From the NCBI GenBank assembly GCA_964644565.1, contig CAZXWO010000001.1:57727-121726 (forward strand): DNA of 64,000 bases, in the 5' to 3' direction. The notes beneath the pieces are model-generated. The model worked only from the letters and a program-made list of their open reading frames with translations. It did not search any database and was not told the origin of the DNA. Below are positions 45,878-54,700 of the stretch, piece after piece (positions within the stretch are counted from its first letter, which is position 1; every line of letters starts with the position of its first letter). Origin of the DNA: an uncultured Thermoplasmata archaeon. Its GTDB lineage: Archaea; Thermoplasmatota; Thermoplasmata; UBA10834. The position numbers and the translations under genes are program-made.

Positions 45878-46666
45878 ATGGTTCCGTGCATGATGGATGC
45901 GGACGGGCTGCTCAAACTTTTTAGGGTTTCTGTCAAGGAGTGCATAGCCAGCTCCCGCTCCGTCGCGGTCGCGTACTCGGGCGGGGTGGACAGCGCTGTG
46001 GTCGAGAGGGTCGCCAGGGAGTTCGCGGCGACCACGGGCTACACGTGCGCCGTCCGGGGCTCCCACGACCACGCGCGCGCGCCCCTGATGGCGGCGGAGA
46101 GCGGCGTCGATCTTAGGTTGGTCGACCTGGACAGGCATGGGCTCGTCGAGCTCGTCGGGAAGGCCTGCCGCGTACTGGGCACGGACGACCCCCTGAGGGT
46201 CGCCTACTCCGTGCCGATCATCTGCGTCATCAACGCGTGCGAGGAGGCCGTCCTCCTGGTGGGCAGCGGGGCGGACGAGCTCTTCGGGGGGTATGCGAAG
46301 TACCTGGACCACGAGGACCCGGAGTCCGCGATGGCCTCTGATATCAAAAAGATGCAGATTGAGAACGAACTCCTGAGAAAATATGCCAAATCGGTGGGAA
46401 AGGAACTGGGGGCCCCGTTCGTCTCTGAGGCCCTCGTATCGTTCGCCAGAGGACTCCCCACGGCCCGGAAGCTCGGTGGCGGGGAGCGCAAGATCGTCCT
46501 CAGGGAGGCGGCCAAGGCACTGGGCGTCCTGTCGCACGACGCCCCCAAGAAGGCGGCGCAGTACAGCTCCGGCGTCATGAGGGAGATGAGGCGGATGTCC
46601 AAGGAGGAGGGCAAGGAGCTCCGGGCGTGGACGGCGGAGGCGGCCAAGGGCCGCAGAATCCCTTAA
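45878..46666 (+). CDS. Asparagine synthase C-terminal (PP-loop) domain protein without a glutaminase domain
   Basis: AYSGGVDS, GSGADELFGGY, KIVLREAA, KKAAQYSSG. Confidence 0.88.
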   Translation: MVPCMMDADGLLKLFRVSVKECIASSRSVAVAYSGGVDSAVVERVAREFAATTGYTCAVRGSHDHARAPLMAAESGVDLRLVDLDRHGLVELVGKACRVLGTDDPLRVAYSVPIICVINACEEAVLLVGSGADELFGGYAKYLDHEDPESAMASDIKKMQIENELLRKYAKSVGKELGAPFVSEALVSFARGLPTARKLGGGERKIVLREAAKALGVLSHDAPKKAAQYSSGVMREMRRMSKEEGKELRAWTAEAAKGRRIP

Positions 46667-46690
46667 TACAGGATTCCATTCAACCCCTGC

Positions 46691-47998
46691 ATGTCCTATT
46701 CCCAGATTGTCGACTGGATGTTCAACCTCGAGAGGTTCGGCATCAAGCTCGGCCTGGACAACATGAGGGAGTTCTCGAGAAGGATAGGGGACCCGCACCT
46801 CGGCTTCAGGTCCGTCCACGTCACCGGCACCAACGGGAAGGGCTCCGTGTGCACCTTCGTCTCGGAGATGCTCAGGCAGCACGGGCTCAAGGTCGGTCTG
46901 TACACCTCTCCCCACCTCGTCGATTTCAGGGAGAGGATCAGGGTCGACGGGAGGATGATCCCCCAGAGGGACGTCGTGAGGCTGGGGGAGGAGCTGCGCG
47001 TGCACATGGAGGACATGGCCGCGCAGGGCAAAGACAGGCAGCTGACGTTCTTCGAGTTCACGACCGGCCTTGCGTTCAGGTACTTCAAGGACAGGGGAGT
47101 CGACTTCGTCGTCGCGGAGGTCGGCATGGGGGGAAGGCTCGACGCGACGAACATCATCCAGCCGGACGTGGCGGCCATCACGAGGATAGGATTGGAGCAC
47201 ACGGACTACCTCGGGAAGACTATCAAGGACATCGCCTACGAGAAGGCGGGCATAATCAAGGGCGGGTGCAGGGTCGTCACCTGCGAGCGGGACCCCGAGG
47301 TCCTCAGACTGTTCGCGGACACCTGCAGGGACCGGGGCTGCGAGATGATGAGGGCTGGCGAGCATTTCGACGTCTCGAACATCGCCCAGAGCCTCTCAGG
47401 GACGCGGTTCGACTACTCTGGAGCGGCGGAGCTCACGGGCCTGCGCACGAGGCTCCTGGGCGGCTACCAGGCCGAGAACGCCGCCACCGCTATAGCCATG
47501 GTCGAGGCGCTGGCCGAGAAGGGCGTCAGCGTGACCGAGGAGGAGGTCCGGAGGGCATTGGTGAAGGCGAGGTGGCCCGGACGGCTGGACATCGTGTCCA
47601 GGCGGCCCATGCTCATGTTCGACGGAAGCCACAACCCGGACGGGGCGAGGACGACCGGAAGGACCCTGGCAGAGCTGGGGATGACGCCCATAACTTTCGT
47701 GCTGGGGTGCATGAAGGACAAGGACGCCGGCGCCATCGTCCGCGAGCTCGCCCCCCATGCCGCGATGATCGTCGTCACACAGGTCCAGAACAAGCGGGCA
47801 ATGGAGGCCGAGGCGCTCGCCGAGGTCGTGCGGAGGGAGTTCGCAGGACCGGTCGAGGTGGTCCCGGCCTCAGGTGACGCCATAGACAGGGCGCTCCTCG
47901 GACCTAGGGGCAAGGGCGTCTGCGTGATAGGCTCGCTCTATCTCGTCGGAGAGGCTATCCAGTGGGGCAGAGACAGGAGGAAAGGCCTCGATGACTGA
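46691..47998 (+). CDS. folC: Folylpolyglutamate synthase / dihydrofolate synthase
   Basis: HVTGTNGKGS, YTSPHL, EVGMGGRLDATN, WPGR, DGSHNP, GSLYLVG. Confidence 0.96.
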   Translation: MSYSQIVDWMFNLERFGIKLGLDNMREFSRRIGDPHLGFRSVHVTGTNGKGSVCTFVSEMLRQHGLKVGLYTSPHLVDFRERIRVDGRMIPQRDVVRLGEELRVHMEDMAAQGKDRQLTFFEFTTGLAFRYFKDRGVDFVVAEVGMGGRLDATNIIQPDVAAITRIGLEHTDYLGKTIKDIAYEKAGIIKGGCRVVTCERDPEVLRLFADTCRDRGCEMMRAGEHFDVSNIAQSLSGTRFDYSGAAELTGLRTRLLGGYQAENAATAIAMVEALAEKGVSVTEEEVRRALVKARWPGRLDIVSRRPMLMFDGSHNPDGARTTGRTLAELGMTPITFVLGCMKDKDAGAIVRELAPHAAMIVVTQVQNKRAMEAEALAEVVRREFAGPVEVVPASGDAIDRALLGPRGKGVCVIGSLYLVGEAIQWGRDRRKGLDD

Positions 47999-48008
47999 GC
48001 GCATAAGG

Positions 48009-48015
48009 TATAAAT
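48009..48015 (+). promoter_or_regulatory. TATA box of tRNA-Gly
   Basis: TATAAAT about 30 nt upstream of the mature tRNA 5' end. Confidence 0.6.
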
Positions 48016-48045
48016 GGCTCCTCGATATTGGAGGCGTGCCTAGAT

Positions 48046-48122
48046 GCGGCCGTAGTGTAGACTGGTTATCACTTTAGCTTGCCAAGCTAAAAACTCGGGT
48101 TCAAATCCCGACGGCCGCACCA
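48046..48122 (+). tRNA. tRNA-Gly (GCC), encoded CCA, no intron
   Basis: Acceptor GCGGCCG/CGGCCGC, anticodon arm TTAGC-TTGCCAA-GCTAA, T arm TCGGG-TTCAAAT-CCCGA, 3' ACCA. Confidence 0.98.
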
Positions 48123-48154
48123 CGGTTCTCTTGAGGAACGGCCATAGGGGCGGT

Positions 48155-48694
48155 ATGCCGCAGGAAGACCGAAATATGGAAGACACCCCTTCGACAACCG
48201 CCATGAAGGAGGAACTCGAATGCCCCAGATGCAGGGCTAGAAATGAGGCATCTGCACGTTTCTGTAGTCAGTGCGGACTAGTCTACATGCACTGTCCGAA
48301 GTGCGACACTCTGAATCCCGAGGCAGTTGAGTTCTGCATAGAATGTGGCGAGAGGATACAGTCTAGCAAGACTTCTGCCAAATATGGAGATAACGTCGAC
48401 AAGGAACCATACGTCATCTGGGAAGGGTTTCCATTTGCCTGGCTTGAGAGAAGGATGCAGACAAAGAGGCAGTTCTTCTTGTCTCTTGGGATCTACATCT
48501 TTTGTGTCTTCACGATGGTTACGGTATTCATGATCGACGTCGTGCCCGCCGCCCTGCAGGGAGATCCAGGGGCTGGTGCTGCCATATGTTGCTTGAGCTC
48601 CGCTTTTGTCGTGATTGGCTGGCTCTTCTCTATGTATTGGTGGGTCGGTAGACGGGAAGCAGAAGAGGAGCAGAAGAACAGATGGCAAGACTGA
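48155..48694 (+). CDS. Double zinc-ribbon membrane protein (cassette 1 gene)
   Basis: CPRC, CSQC, CPKC and CIEC plus two TM helices; many A/T-ending codons unlike the host; start uncertain (48131, 48155 or 48176). Confidence 0.75.
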   Translation: MPQEDRNMEDTPSTTAMKEELECPRCRARNEASARFCSQCGLVYMHCPKCDTLNPEAVEFCIECGERIQSSKTSAKYGDNVDKEPYVIWEGFPFAWLERRMQTKRQFFLSLGIYIFCVFTMVTVFMIDVVPAALQGDPGAGAAICCLSSAFVVIGWLFSMYWWVGRREAEEEQKNRWQD

Positions 48695-48775
48695 AATGAG
48701 TTCTCAGAAGGCCACAGGAGAAGAAGATGAGAAAGGGGTTTAGGTCCAGTCGATTCCCCGTCTTGATTGAAACCA

Positions 48776-48846
48776 GAAAAAGGGAGACTGGCTCGCCTTG
48801 GGTGTGAGGCCCGACGGCCGCACGTCCATTCCTCTTTGGAGAAGGC
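48776..48846 (+). repeat. att-like element A carrying a 14-bp copy of the tRNA-Gly 3' end (48810-48823)
   Basis: CCCGACGGCCGCAC is identical to 48107-48120; flanks are homologous to element B. Confidence 0.85.
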
Positions 48847-48934
48847 CGCAGGGGCATAGGACCAAGAGGGAGCCCTTTGTTGTTAGAGAAGAAGAGGCAG
48901 ATTAGCATTTAAGACCATCAAGTCGATTCAGGAA

Positions 48935-49519
48935 GTGGCACCGATGCGCAGCAAACAGGTCTTCTTGGTTGCAGGAGTTGCACTTGCCGTCGCAGGATTC
49001 ATTGTGATGGACTACTCCCATGTTCCTCTGGAACGAACAGAAACGCGCACTTTGTCATCTACGCCAGACGTCATAGACTCCACGGCAACAACGCCAGTTG
49101 GATTCTGGGTTGTGTCGAAGTTCTCCTTGTGGATTGAAGGACAGCTCTGGGGCAGTTGGAGTGCGGATATCCCTGCGGGCATAGACGAGTTTGACATCCT
49201 TTGGCTCATCATCGATCAGTCGACATACGACAACTACTGGCTGCCTGGATACTCTGAGGGTGTTCTTATGATTCACCATGGCTTCAACGATTCTGTCTCG
49301 GAGATCGGTTCTGTTCATCTCCCCACCTCAGGCAACTACTACCTCATCATTGAGAGCTTGGTCCCGATCCCTGAGCAGTTCGACGTCACAATTGACTGCG
49401 GAGTCGATGGGTTGAATCTCAGATTACTCTTACCGGGAGTCATAACCATCCTGGTGGCCGCTGCGTTGTTTATGACGGGCAGCGTCACGTCCGGAAGTCT
49501 GCCTCGGAAGAAACCATAG
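48935..49519 (+). CDS. Hypothetical membrane-anchored protein (cassette 2 gene)
   Basis: N- and C-terminal hydrophobic helices around a beta-rich domain; atypical A/T-rich codons. Confidence 0.75.
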   Translation: MAPMRSKQVFLVAGVALAVAGFIVMDYSHVPLERTETRTLSSTPDVIDSTATTPVGFWVVSKFSLWIEGQLWGSWSADIPAGIDEFDILWLIIDQSTYDNYWLPGYSEGVLMIHHGFNDSVSEIGSVHLPTSGNYYLIIESLVPIPEQFDVTIDCGVDGLNLRLLLPGVITILVAAALFMTGSVTSGSLPRKKP

Positions 49520-49601
49520 AACTGAAGAGAAGAACAAAGAGGTTGATTCCGGCGGAAGCCCCGAGTTGGCCTCAAGGACCTGACAAACTAGCTCCCCAGT
49601 A

Positions 49602-49623
49602 GTTCAAATCCCCTTCGGTCCAC
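49602..49623 (+). repeat. tRNA 3'-end-like remnant (T-loop plus acceptor strand) of a different tRNA
   Basis: GTTCAAATCCCCTTCGGTCCAC, inside the 8-bp inverted repeat CAAAGAGG (49535-42) / CCTCTTTG (49628-35). Confidence 0.5.
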
Positions 49624-49645
49624 ACTTCCTCTTTGACCGAAATCC

Positions 49646-49716
49646 GAAAGAAGGAGGCTGGCTCACGGAGGATTCTTGGCCCGACGGCCGCACGGTCTCC
49701 TCTTCTGGGAAAGGCA
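49646..49716 (+). repeat. att-like element B carrying a 14-bp copy of the tRNA-Gly 3' end (49680-49693)
   Basis: 17-bp identity with element A (GGCCCGACGGCCGCACG) plus a 16/19 match upstream at the same 870-bp offset. Confidence 0.85.
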
Positions 49717-49746
49717 GATAGGGAGAGTATGTGATACAGAGACACG

Positions 49747-50775
49747 GTGGGTGGTCTCATCAGGCCTGCAATCTCTGGATACGCAGCCATGGAAGTGGGA
49801 CAGAAGCTCGTGCAATTCAGTTATGAGCCTCCGGAATTGAAGGATCGAGAGATTCGAGTCTCCGTCACCCACTGTGGTCTCTGCTACAGTGACATCTTCG
49901 CGGTCGACGATCAATACGGCATCACCGTCTTCCCGTTCGTGCCCGGTCACGAGATTGTCGGCCACGTGTCCGAAATCGGCCCCTCGGCATCCGGACTCAA
50001 GGAAGGGGACCGGGTCGGCATTGGCTGGCAGGGCCGTTCTTGCATGAAGTGCGAATGGTGCCTCCGGGGAGACGAACACCTCTGCGAGGACGTCAAGAAG
50101 AACGGAGTCTGGATGCCCTACGGTGGCTTCTCGTCCTCGGTCACGGCAGACAGCCGCTTCGCCTACGTCCTACCCCCCTCCATGCCCTCCGAGTTCGCTG
50201 CGGTGCTCCTATGCGCAGGGATTGCCGTCTACGCCCCACTCCAATCCTGCGCGACCGGACATGGGCAGAAGGTCGGCGTCGTTGGCGTGGGCGGCCTCGG
50301 CCATCTTGCCATCCAATTCGCGCATGCGCTCGGTTTCGATGTCACCGCCATCTCGTCGTCGCCAGACAAGGAGGAACAGGCGTCCGCCTTCGGCGCGGAC
50401 CACTTCCTGCACGTACGAGACAAGAGCAGCTACAGTAAAGTGGCGTCCAGCTTCGACATGCTCCTCTTCACCGGCCACACCAGTCTCGACTGGGTTCCGC
50501 TGCAGCGCACTCTAAGGAACAACGGTAGGTTGGTCATGGTTGGCTTCTCTCCGACCCTCGTGGCGTTCGAGTCCGTGGACCTCGTGGTACACCAGCAGTC
50601 GGTGACAGGCTCCTTCATCGGCAGCCCGAAGTTGATGAAGGAGATGCTCAGATTCGCGCAGGAGCATGGCATCAAACCACAGGTCGAGCTCATGCCGATG
50701 TCGCGAGTGAACGAGGCGATCCGCAGGATCAAGGAGGGCAAGGCCCGCTACCGGATAGTGCTCGTCAACGAGTGA
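49747..50775 (+). CDS. Zinc-dependent NAD(P)H alcohol dehydrogenase / aldehyde reductase (Ahr/AdhP-like, CAD family)
   Basis: CGLCYSD, PGHEIVG, structural-Zn CMKCEWC...C, GVGGLGHLAIQFA, KARYRIVL. Confidence 0.93.
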   Translation: MGGLIRPAISGYAAMEVGQKLVQFSYEPPELKDREIRVSVTHCGLCYSDIFAVDDQYGITVFPFVPGHEIVGHVSEIGPSASGLKEGDRVGIGWQGRSCMKCEWCLRGDEHLCEDVKKNGVWMPYGGFSSSVTADSRFAYVLPPSMPSEFAAVLLCAGIAVYAPLQSCATGHGQKVGVVGVGGLGHLAIQFAHALGFDVTAISSSPDKEEQASAFGADHFLHVRDKSSYSKVASSFDMLLFTGHTSLDWVPLQRTLRNNGRLVMVGFSPTLVAFESVDLVVHQQSVTGSFIGSPKLMKEMLRFAQEHGIKPQVELMPMSRVNEAIRRIKEGKARYRIVLVNE

Positions 50776-50885
50776 GAACCCCGGACATCAGCCGTGCACA
50801 CGGACGACCCCGTCATGGTCGGAACCGACCCGACGGAACCCGCGGCGAGCGAAAAGAGATATGCAGGGAGGCCGATGACCGGCAG

Positions 50886-51152
50886 ATGCGGTCCGGCAAG
50901 CCCTGGCTCCCCAAGAAGTGGCACAAGGGGGATCTGTACGCCCTGGCGTTCCTGCTGCTCGGCCTCGTGATGGTGCTCTCAGTGGCGGCCACCGGGCTGA
51001 GGTATGCCACTTGGACGCTGTGGATCGCCGTGCCCATGATCATGTTCAGCCTTGCATACATATTCCTGGTCAGCGCGCTACCCATCTTCCTGGGCCCGAG
51101 GTCCGGCGGCGAACCTGGAGAAGGGGAGACCACGGAGGAGGGCCGCGAATGA
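50886..51152 (+). CDS. Small two-TM membrane protein
   Basis: Two hydrophobic helices and an acidic tail; ATGA-coupled to the next ORF; start uncertain. Confidence 0.6.
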   Translation: MRSGKPWLPKKWHKGDLYALAFLLLGLVMVLSVAATGLRYATWTLWIAVPMIMFSLAYIFLVSALPIFLGPRSGGEPGEGETTEEGRE

Positions 51153-51346
51153 AGCGGGGTTGGCTCGGCCTGACATTCCCTTTCGCGCTGGTGATTGTCC
51201 TTGGCCTGATCTGCCTCCTGCTCGCCTTCATCGTATGGTCACCAGAGGGTTGGATGACCATGCAGAGCAACCTGGTGGCGCTCGGGGTGGTGCTGATCCT
51301 GTTCGGGTCGGTTGCCATCGCCTTCCTGAGGCTCAGGGCATCGTGA
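51149..51346 (+). CDS. Small two-TM membrane protein (65 aa)
   Basis: GGAGG upstream; ATG 51149 overlaps the previous stop; MKRGWLGLTFPFALVIVLG...LFGSVAIAFLRLRAS. Confidence 0.6.
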   Translation: MKRGWLGLTFPFALVIVLGLICLLLAFIVWSPEGWMTMQSNLVALGVVLILFGSVAIAFLRLRAS

Positions 51347-51417
51347 CTGCCATCCCCCTCCCCGACGTGCCAAACATTTAACCCGAACACGCACATGCCG
51401 GCGCCGGGGTAGACAGG

Positions 51418-52548
51418 ATGAAGGTCGAGCTTTTCGAAATGGAACGGATGCAGTCGATGTACGAGCGGGTCGTTGACTACGAGCTCTCGGAGAGCGGCGT
51501 GCACGCGCTGAGGATCAGTGAGCTGCTTGGCGGAGGCGGAGCGCCGAAGGAGTTCCTGGAGCTCCCGCTTGGCTACCCACACGCCGACGGGACCCCGGGG
51601 CTGAGGGCCGCGGTCGCCGCCACGTACGATGGGGCTGCCACGGAGAACGTCTTCGTCACGAACGGCTCCTCCGAGGCCAACTTCATCGCCGCATGGCACC
51701 TGTTCGAGAAGGGGGACGAGATCGCCCTCATGACGCCCAACTACGCCCAGATGTGGGGGCTCGCGAAGACCTGGGGGGTGAAGATCAAGCCGCTCTGGCT
51801 CAGGGAGGAACTGGGCTGGCAGTTCGACCCTGAGGACCTCAAGAAGGTCGTCACTAAGAAGACGAAGGTCATCCAGGTCTGCAACCCGAACAACCCCACT
51901 GGGGCCATCATGGGGAGCAAGCAGCGCAAGGCGCTCATGGACGCGGCCAGGGACTCAGGCGCGTGGCTCCTCTCCGATGAGGTCTACCTCGGCGCGGAGA
52001 GGGAGGCGCCGCTGACGGAGTCGCTCTGGAGCGACTACGAGAGGACGCTCATCACCAACGGCCTGAGCAAGGCGTACGGCCTGCCCGGGCTCCGCATCGG
52101 ATGGCTCGTGGGACAGCCCGAGGTGCTGGCGCGCGTGAAGCACCACCATGACTACCTCACCCTCACGCCCGCGGCGCCGTCGGACCGGCTGGCCACGTTG
52201 GCCCTCGAGCCGAAGAAGAGGAAGTGGATCTTCGACAGGACCAGGTCGATACTGCGGAAGAACTACCCGGTCCTGAAGGAGTGGATGGACGCGCACGGGG
52301 AGCTGTTCTCCCACGTGCCGCCCGCTGCAGGGGCCATATGCTACGTCAGGTACAACATGAAGATCAATTCGACCTTGCTCGCGGAGCGCCTCAGGAAGGA
52401 GAAGTCCGTCCTGATGGTCCCCGGGGATCACTTCGGCATGGACGGCTACATGAGGATAGGCACGGGCCCGCCGAAGGAGTACCTGCACGCGGGCCTGGAC
52501 AGGGTGGACGAGCTGCTGAGGGAGCTCCGGACAGGCAAGAAGAGCTGA
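51418..52548 (+). CDS. PLP-dependent aminotransferase class I/II
   Basis: CNPNNPTG, LSDEVY, NGLSKAYGLPGLRIGW. Confidence 0.93.
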   Translation: MKVELFEMERMQSMYERVVDYELSESGVHALRISELLGGGGAPKEFLELPLGYPHADGTPGLRAAVAATYDGAATENVFVTNGSSEANFIAAWHLFEKGDEIALMTPNYAQMWGLAKTWGVKIKPLWLREELGWQFDPEDLKKVVTKKTKVIQVCNPNNPTGAIMGSKQRKALMDAARDSGAWLLSDEVYLGAEREAPLTESLWSDYERTLITNGLSKAYGLPGLRIGWLVGQPEVLARVKHHHDYLTLTPAAPSDRLATLALEPKKRKWIFDRTRSILRKNYPVLKEWMDAHGELFSHVPPAAGAICYVRYNMKINSTLLAERLRKEKSVLMVPGDHFGMDGYMRIGTGPPKEYLHAGLDRVDELLRELRTGKKS

Positions 52549-52634
52549 GGGGCGGGACGGGGCAACCTTTTTGACGCCCGACGCAGAATCACCCGCGGAG
52601 AGGCCATCAGCCTCGGACTGGGGAGCGTCACCAC

Positions 52635-53819
52635 ATGCAGTACCGTGAGTTCGGGAAGACCGGATGGAAGGTCTCTGCGCTCGGGTTCGGCGCGATGCGC
52701 CTGCCGACCTTCGGCGACCAACCGATGACTAAGAGGATCAGGGAGGCCGAGGCCGTCGGCATGGTCCGACACGCCATCGACCGCGGCGTGAACTACGTGG
52801 ACACCGCCTACGGCTACCACGAGCAGAAGGGCGAGGACCTCGTCGGCAAGGCGCTCAGGGGCGGGTACAGGGACAGGGTCAAGGTCGCAACGAAGTCCCC
52901 GGTCTGGCTCATCAAGAAGAAGACGGACTTCGACAGGCTCCTGGGCAAGCAGATGAAGAGGCTTAGGACCGATCACGTCGACTTCTACCTCTTCCACGCC
53001 CTCAACAAGAACGCGTGGGAGAAGACGGTCCTGAAGTACGGCCTCCTCAAGAGGGCCGAGAAGGCGATCGCGGACGGCAGGATCGGCGGCATAGGGTTCT
53101 CGTTCCACGACGACCTCAAGGCGTTCAAGCAGATAGTCGACGGCTACGACGACTGGGTCCTCGCGCAGATACAGTACAACTACCTGGACACGGAGAACCA
53201 GGCCGGGACGAAGGGGCTCAGGTACGCTGCGTCGAAGAGGATCCCGGTGGTGATTATGGAGCCGCTGCTGGGCGGGAGGCTCGCGAACCCCCCGAGGCAG
53301 GTCCGGGAGATGATGAAGCTGCGCGGCAGGAAGGTCGTCCCTTACGAACTGGCGCTCAGATGGGTCTGGGACCAACCAGAGGTGGCCACCGTCCTGAGCG
53401 GCATGAGCACCATGAACCAGGTCCGCGGGAACCTGAGGGCGGCGGGCAGATCTGGCGTCGGGACGCTGAGGGCCGAGGAGAGGAGGCTCATAGAACGCGT
53501 GGCTAAGAAGTACCGGACGATGGCGGTAATACCCTGCACCAAGTGCAACTACTGCATGCCGTGCCCGCACGGGGTGGCCATACCGACCAACTTCGAGGAG
53601 TACAACGACGCGTACGTCCACGGCGACCTGAAGAACGCCAGGAGGACCTACGAGAAGTTCTTCAACCCGAAGAAGAGGGCCAGCGCCTGCAAGCACTGCA
53701 GGGAGTGCGAGAAGAAGTGCCCCCAGAAGCTCCCCATAAGCGACCTGATGGCAGAGGTGCACGCCGTGCTCGGCGAGGGCAAGCCGTTCGACCCGGGCGT
53801 CACGCGAAGGAAGTCATGA
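52635..53819 (+). CDS. Aldo/keto reductase with a C-terminal 4Fe-4S domain
   Basis: LGFGAMRLP, NYVDTAYGY, IMEPLLGG, CTKCNYCMPCP and CKHCRECEKKCP. Confidence 0.93.
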   Translation: MQYREFGKTGWKVSALGFGAMRLPTFGDQPMTKRIREAEAVGMVRHAIDRGVNYVDTAYGYHEQKGEDLVGKALRGGYRDRVKVATKSPVWLIKKKTDFDRLLGKQMKRLRTDHVDFYLFHALNKNAWEKTVLKYGLLKRAEKAIADGRIGGIGFSFHDDLKAFKQIVDGYDDWVLAQIQYNYLDTENQAGTKGLRYAASKRIPVVIMEPLLGGRLANPPRQVREMMKLRGRKVVPYELALRWVWDQPEVATVLSGMSTMNQVRGNLRAAGRSGVGTLRAEERRLIERVAKKYRTMAVIPCTKCNYCMPCPHGVAIPTNFEEYNDAYVHGDLKNARRTYEKFFNPKKRASACKHCRECEKKCPQKLPISDLMAEVHAVLGEGKPFDPGVTRRKS

Positions 53820-54678
53820 CGATCCCTGCGATGACCGCCAGGATGAGGGCCATGTCCAGCCGGGTCATCTTTTCCTTCAGGAACAGGCGCGCCCCGATGA
53901 TCGTCACAATCGGATAGGCGGATATCAGGGGGAACACGACGGAGGCCGAGCCCACCGATATCGCCGACGTCTCGGCGAAGTACGCGAGCTGCCACAGCTC
54001 CGCGACGACTATCGCGAGGATCACGGGAGCCGTCCACCTTGGCAGGAACACGCGCCACGTGGCCTTCCTGTGCCTCAGGTACGCGAACGCTATCGGGGGG
54101 AGTATCAGCGGATAGACGCCCAGGTAGGCGATGAGGGGCAGGCCGTCCAGGGCCATCTTGATGAAGATCCCCCCGACGCCCCATATCGCGAACGTCGCGA
54201 GGCTGAGCAGGAGGGAGGAGCGCGAGAAGCCCACCCCGCCGCTGTCCTTGCCGTGCGAATGGGACAGGACGACCATGCTGGCGATGATCACCACGACCCC
54301 TGCCGCGTTGACCCAGCTCAGCTCCTCGCCAAGCAGCGTCACGGCGAGCACGACCGTCACGGCGGGGAAGGCCGCGGTGATGCTCCCCACCATGCTCACG
54401 TCCCCTTTCTCGAGGGCCTCCAGGTAGATGTAGTACCCGCCCCTGGCGGTCGATGCGCCGATGAGGGCGTACACGACGTACTCCAGGTGGTCGAGGTACT
54501 CCCCCCATAGGACGACGGCACCAGCGAGGATGAAGACGTACACGGGGATTGATGCGAGGAAGTTGAGCGCCACCATCGACTCTGCGTTCAGCGAGCCCAC
54601 TGCGAACTTCGCTATGACCTGGGTGAGGCCGTACACCGCCAGCGCTGTGAGCGCGAATGCTATCGAGGCGTCTATCAT
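53800..54678 (-). CDS. DMT/EamA family transporter
   Basis: Two EamA repeats (YLEALEKGDVSMVGSITAAFP; SVVFPLISAYPIVTII...FLKEK). Confidence 0.9.
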   Translation of the reverse strand: MIDASIAFALTALAVYGLTQVIAKFAVGSLNAESMVALNFLASIPVYVFILAGAVVLWGEYLDHLEYVVYALIGASTARGGYYIYLEALEKGDVSMVGSITAAFPAVTVVLAVTLLGEELSWVNAAGVVVIIASMVVLSHSHGKDSGGVGFSRSSLLLSLATFAIWGVGGIFIKMALDGLPLIAYLGVYPLILPPIAFAYLRHRKATWRVFLPRWTAPVILAIVVAELWQLAYFAETSAISVGSASVVFPLISAYPIVTIIGARLFLKEKMTRLDMALILAVIAGIVMTSFA

Positions 54679-54700
54679 GGCGCTCCTCTGCCTGGGCGCG

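Noticed and set aside
49543-49627. A second intact tRNA gene
   Set aside because: No acceptor stem or anticodon arm can be formed; kept only as a remnant.
48107-49693. CRISPR array reading of the repeats
   Set aside because: Only three 14-bp copies about 700-870 bp apart with whole genes between them, the repeat is a tRNA end, and no cas genes are present.
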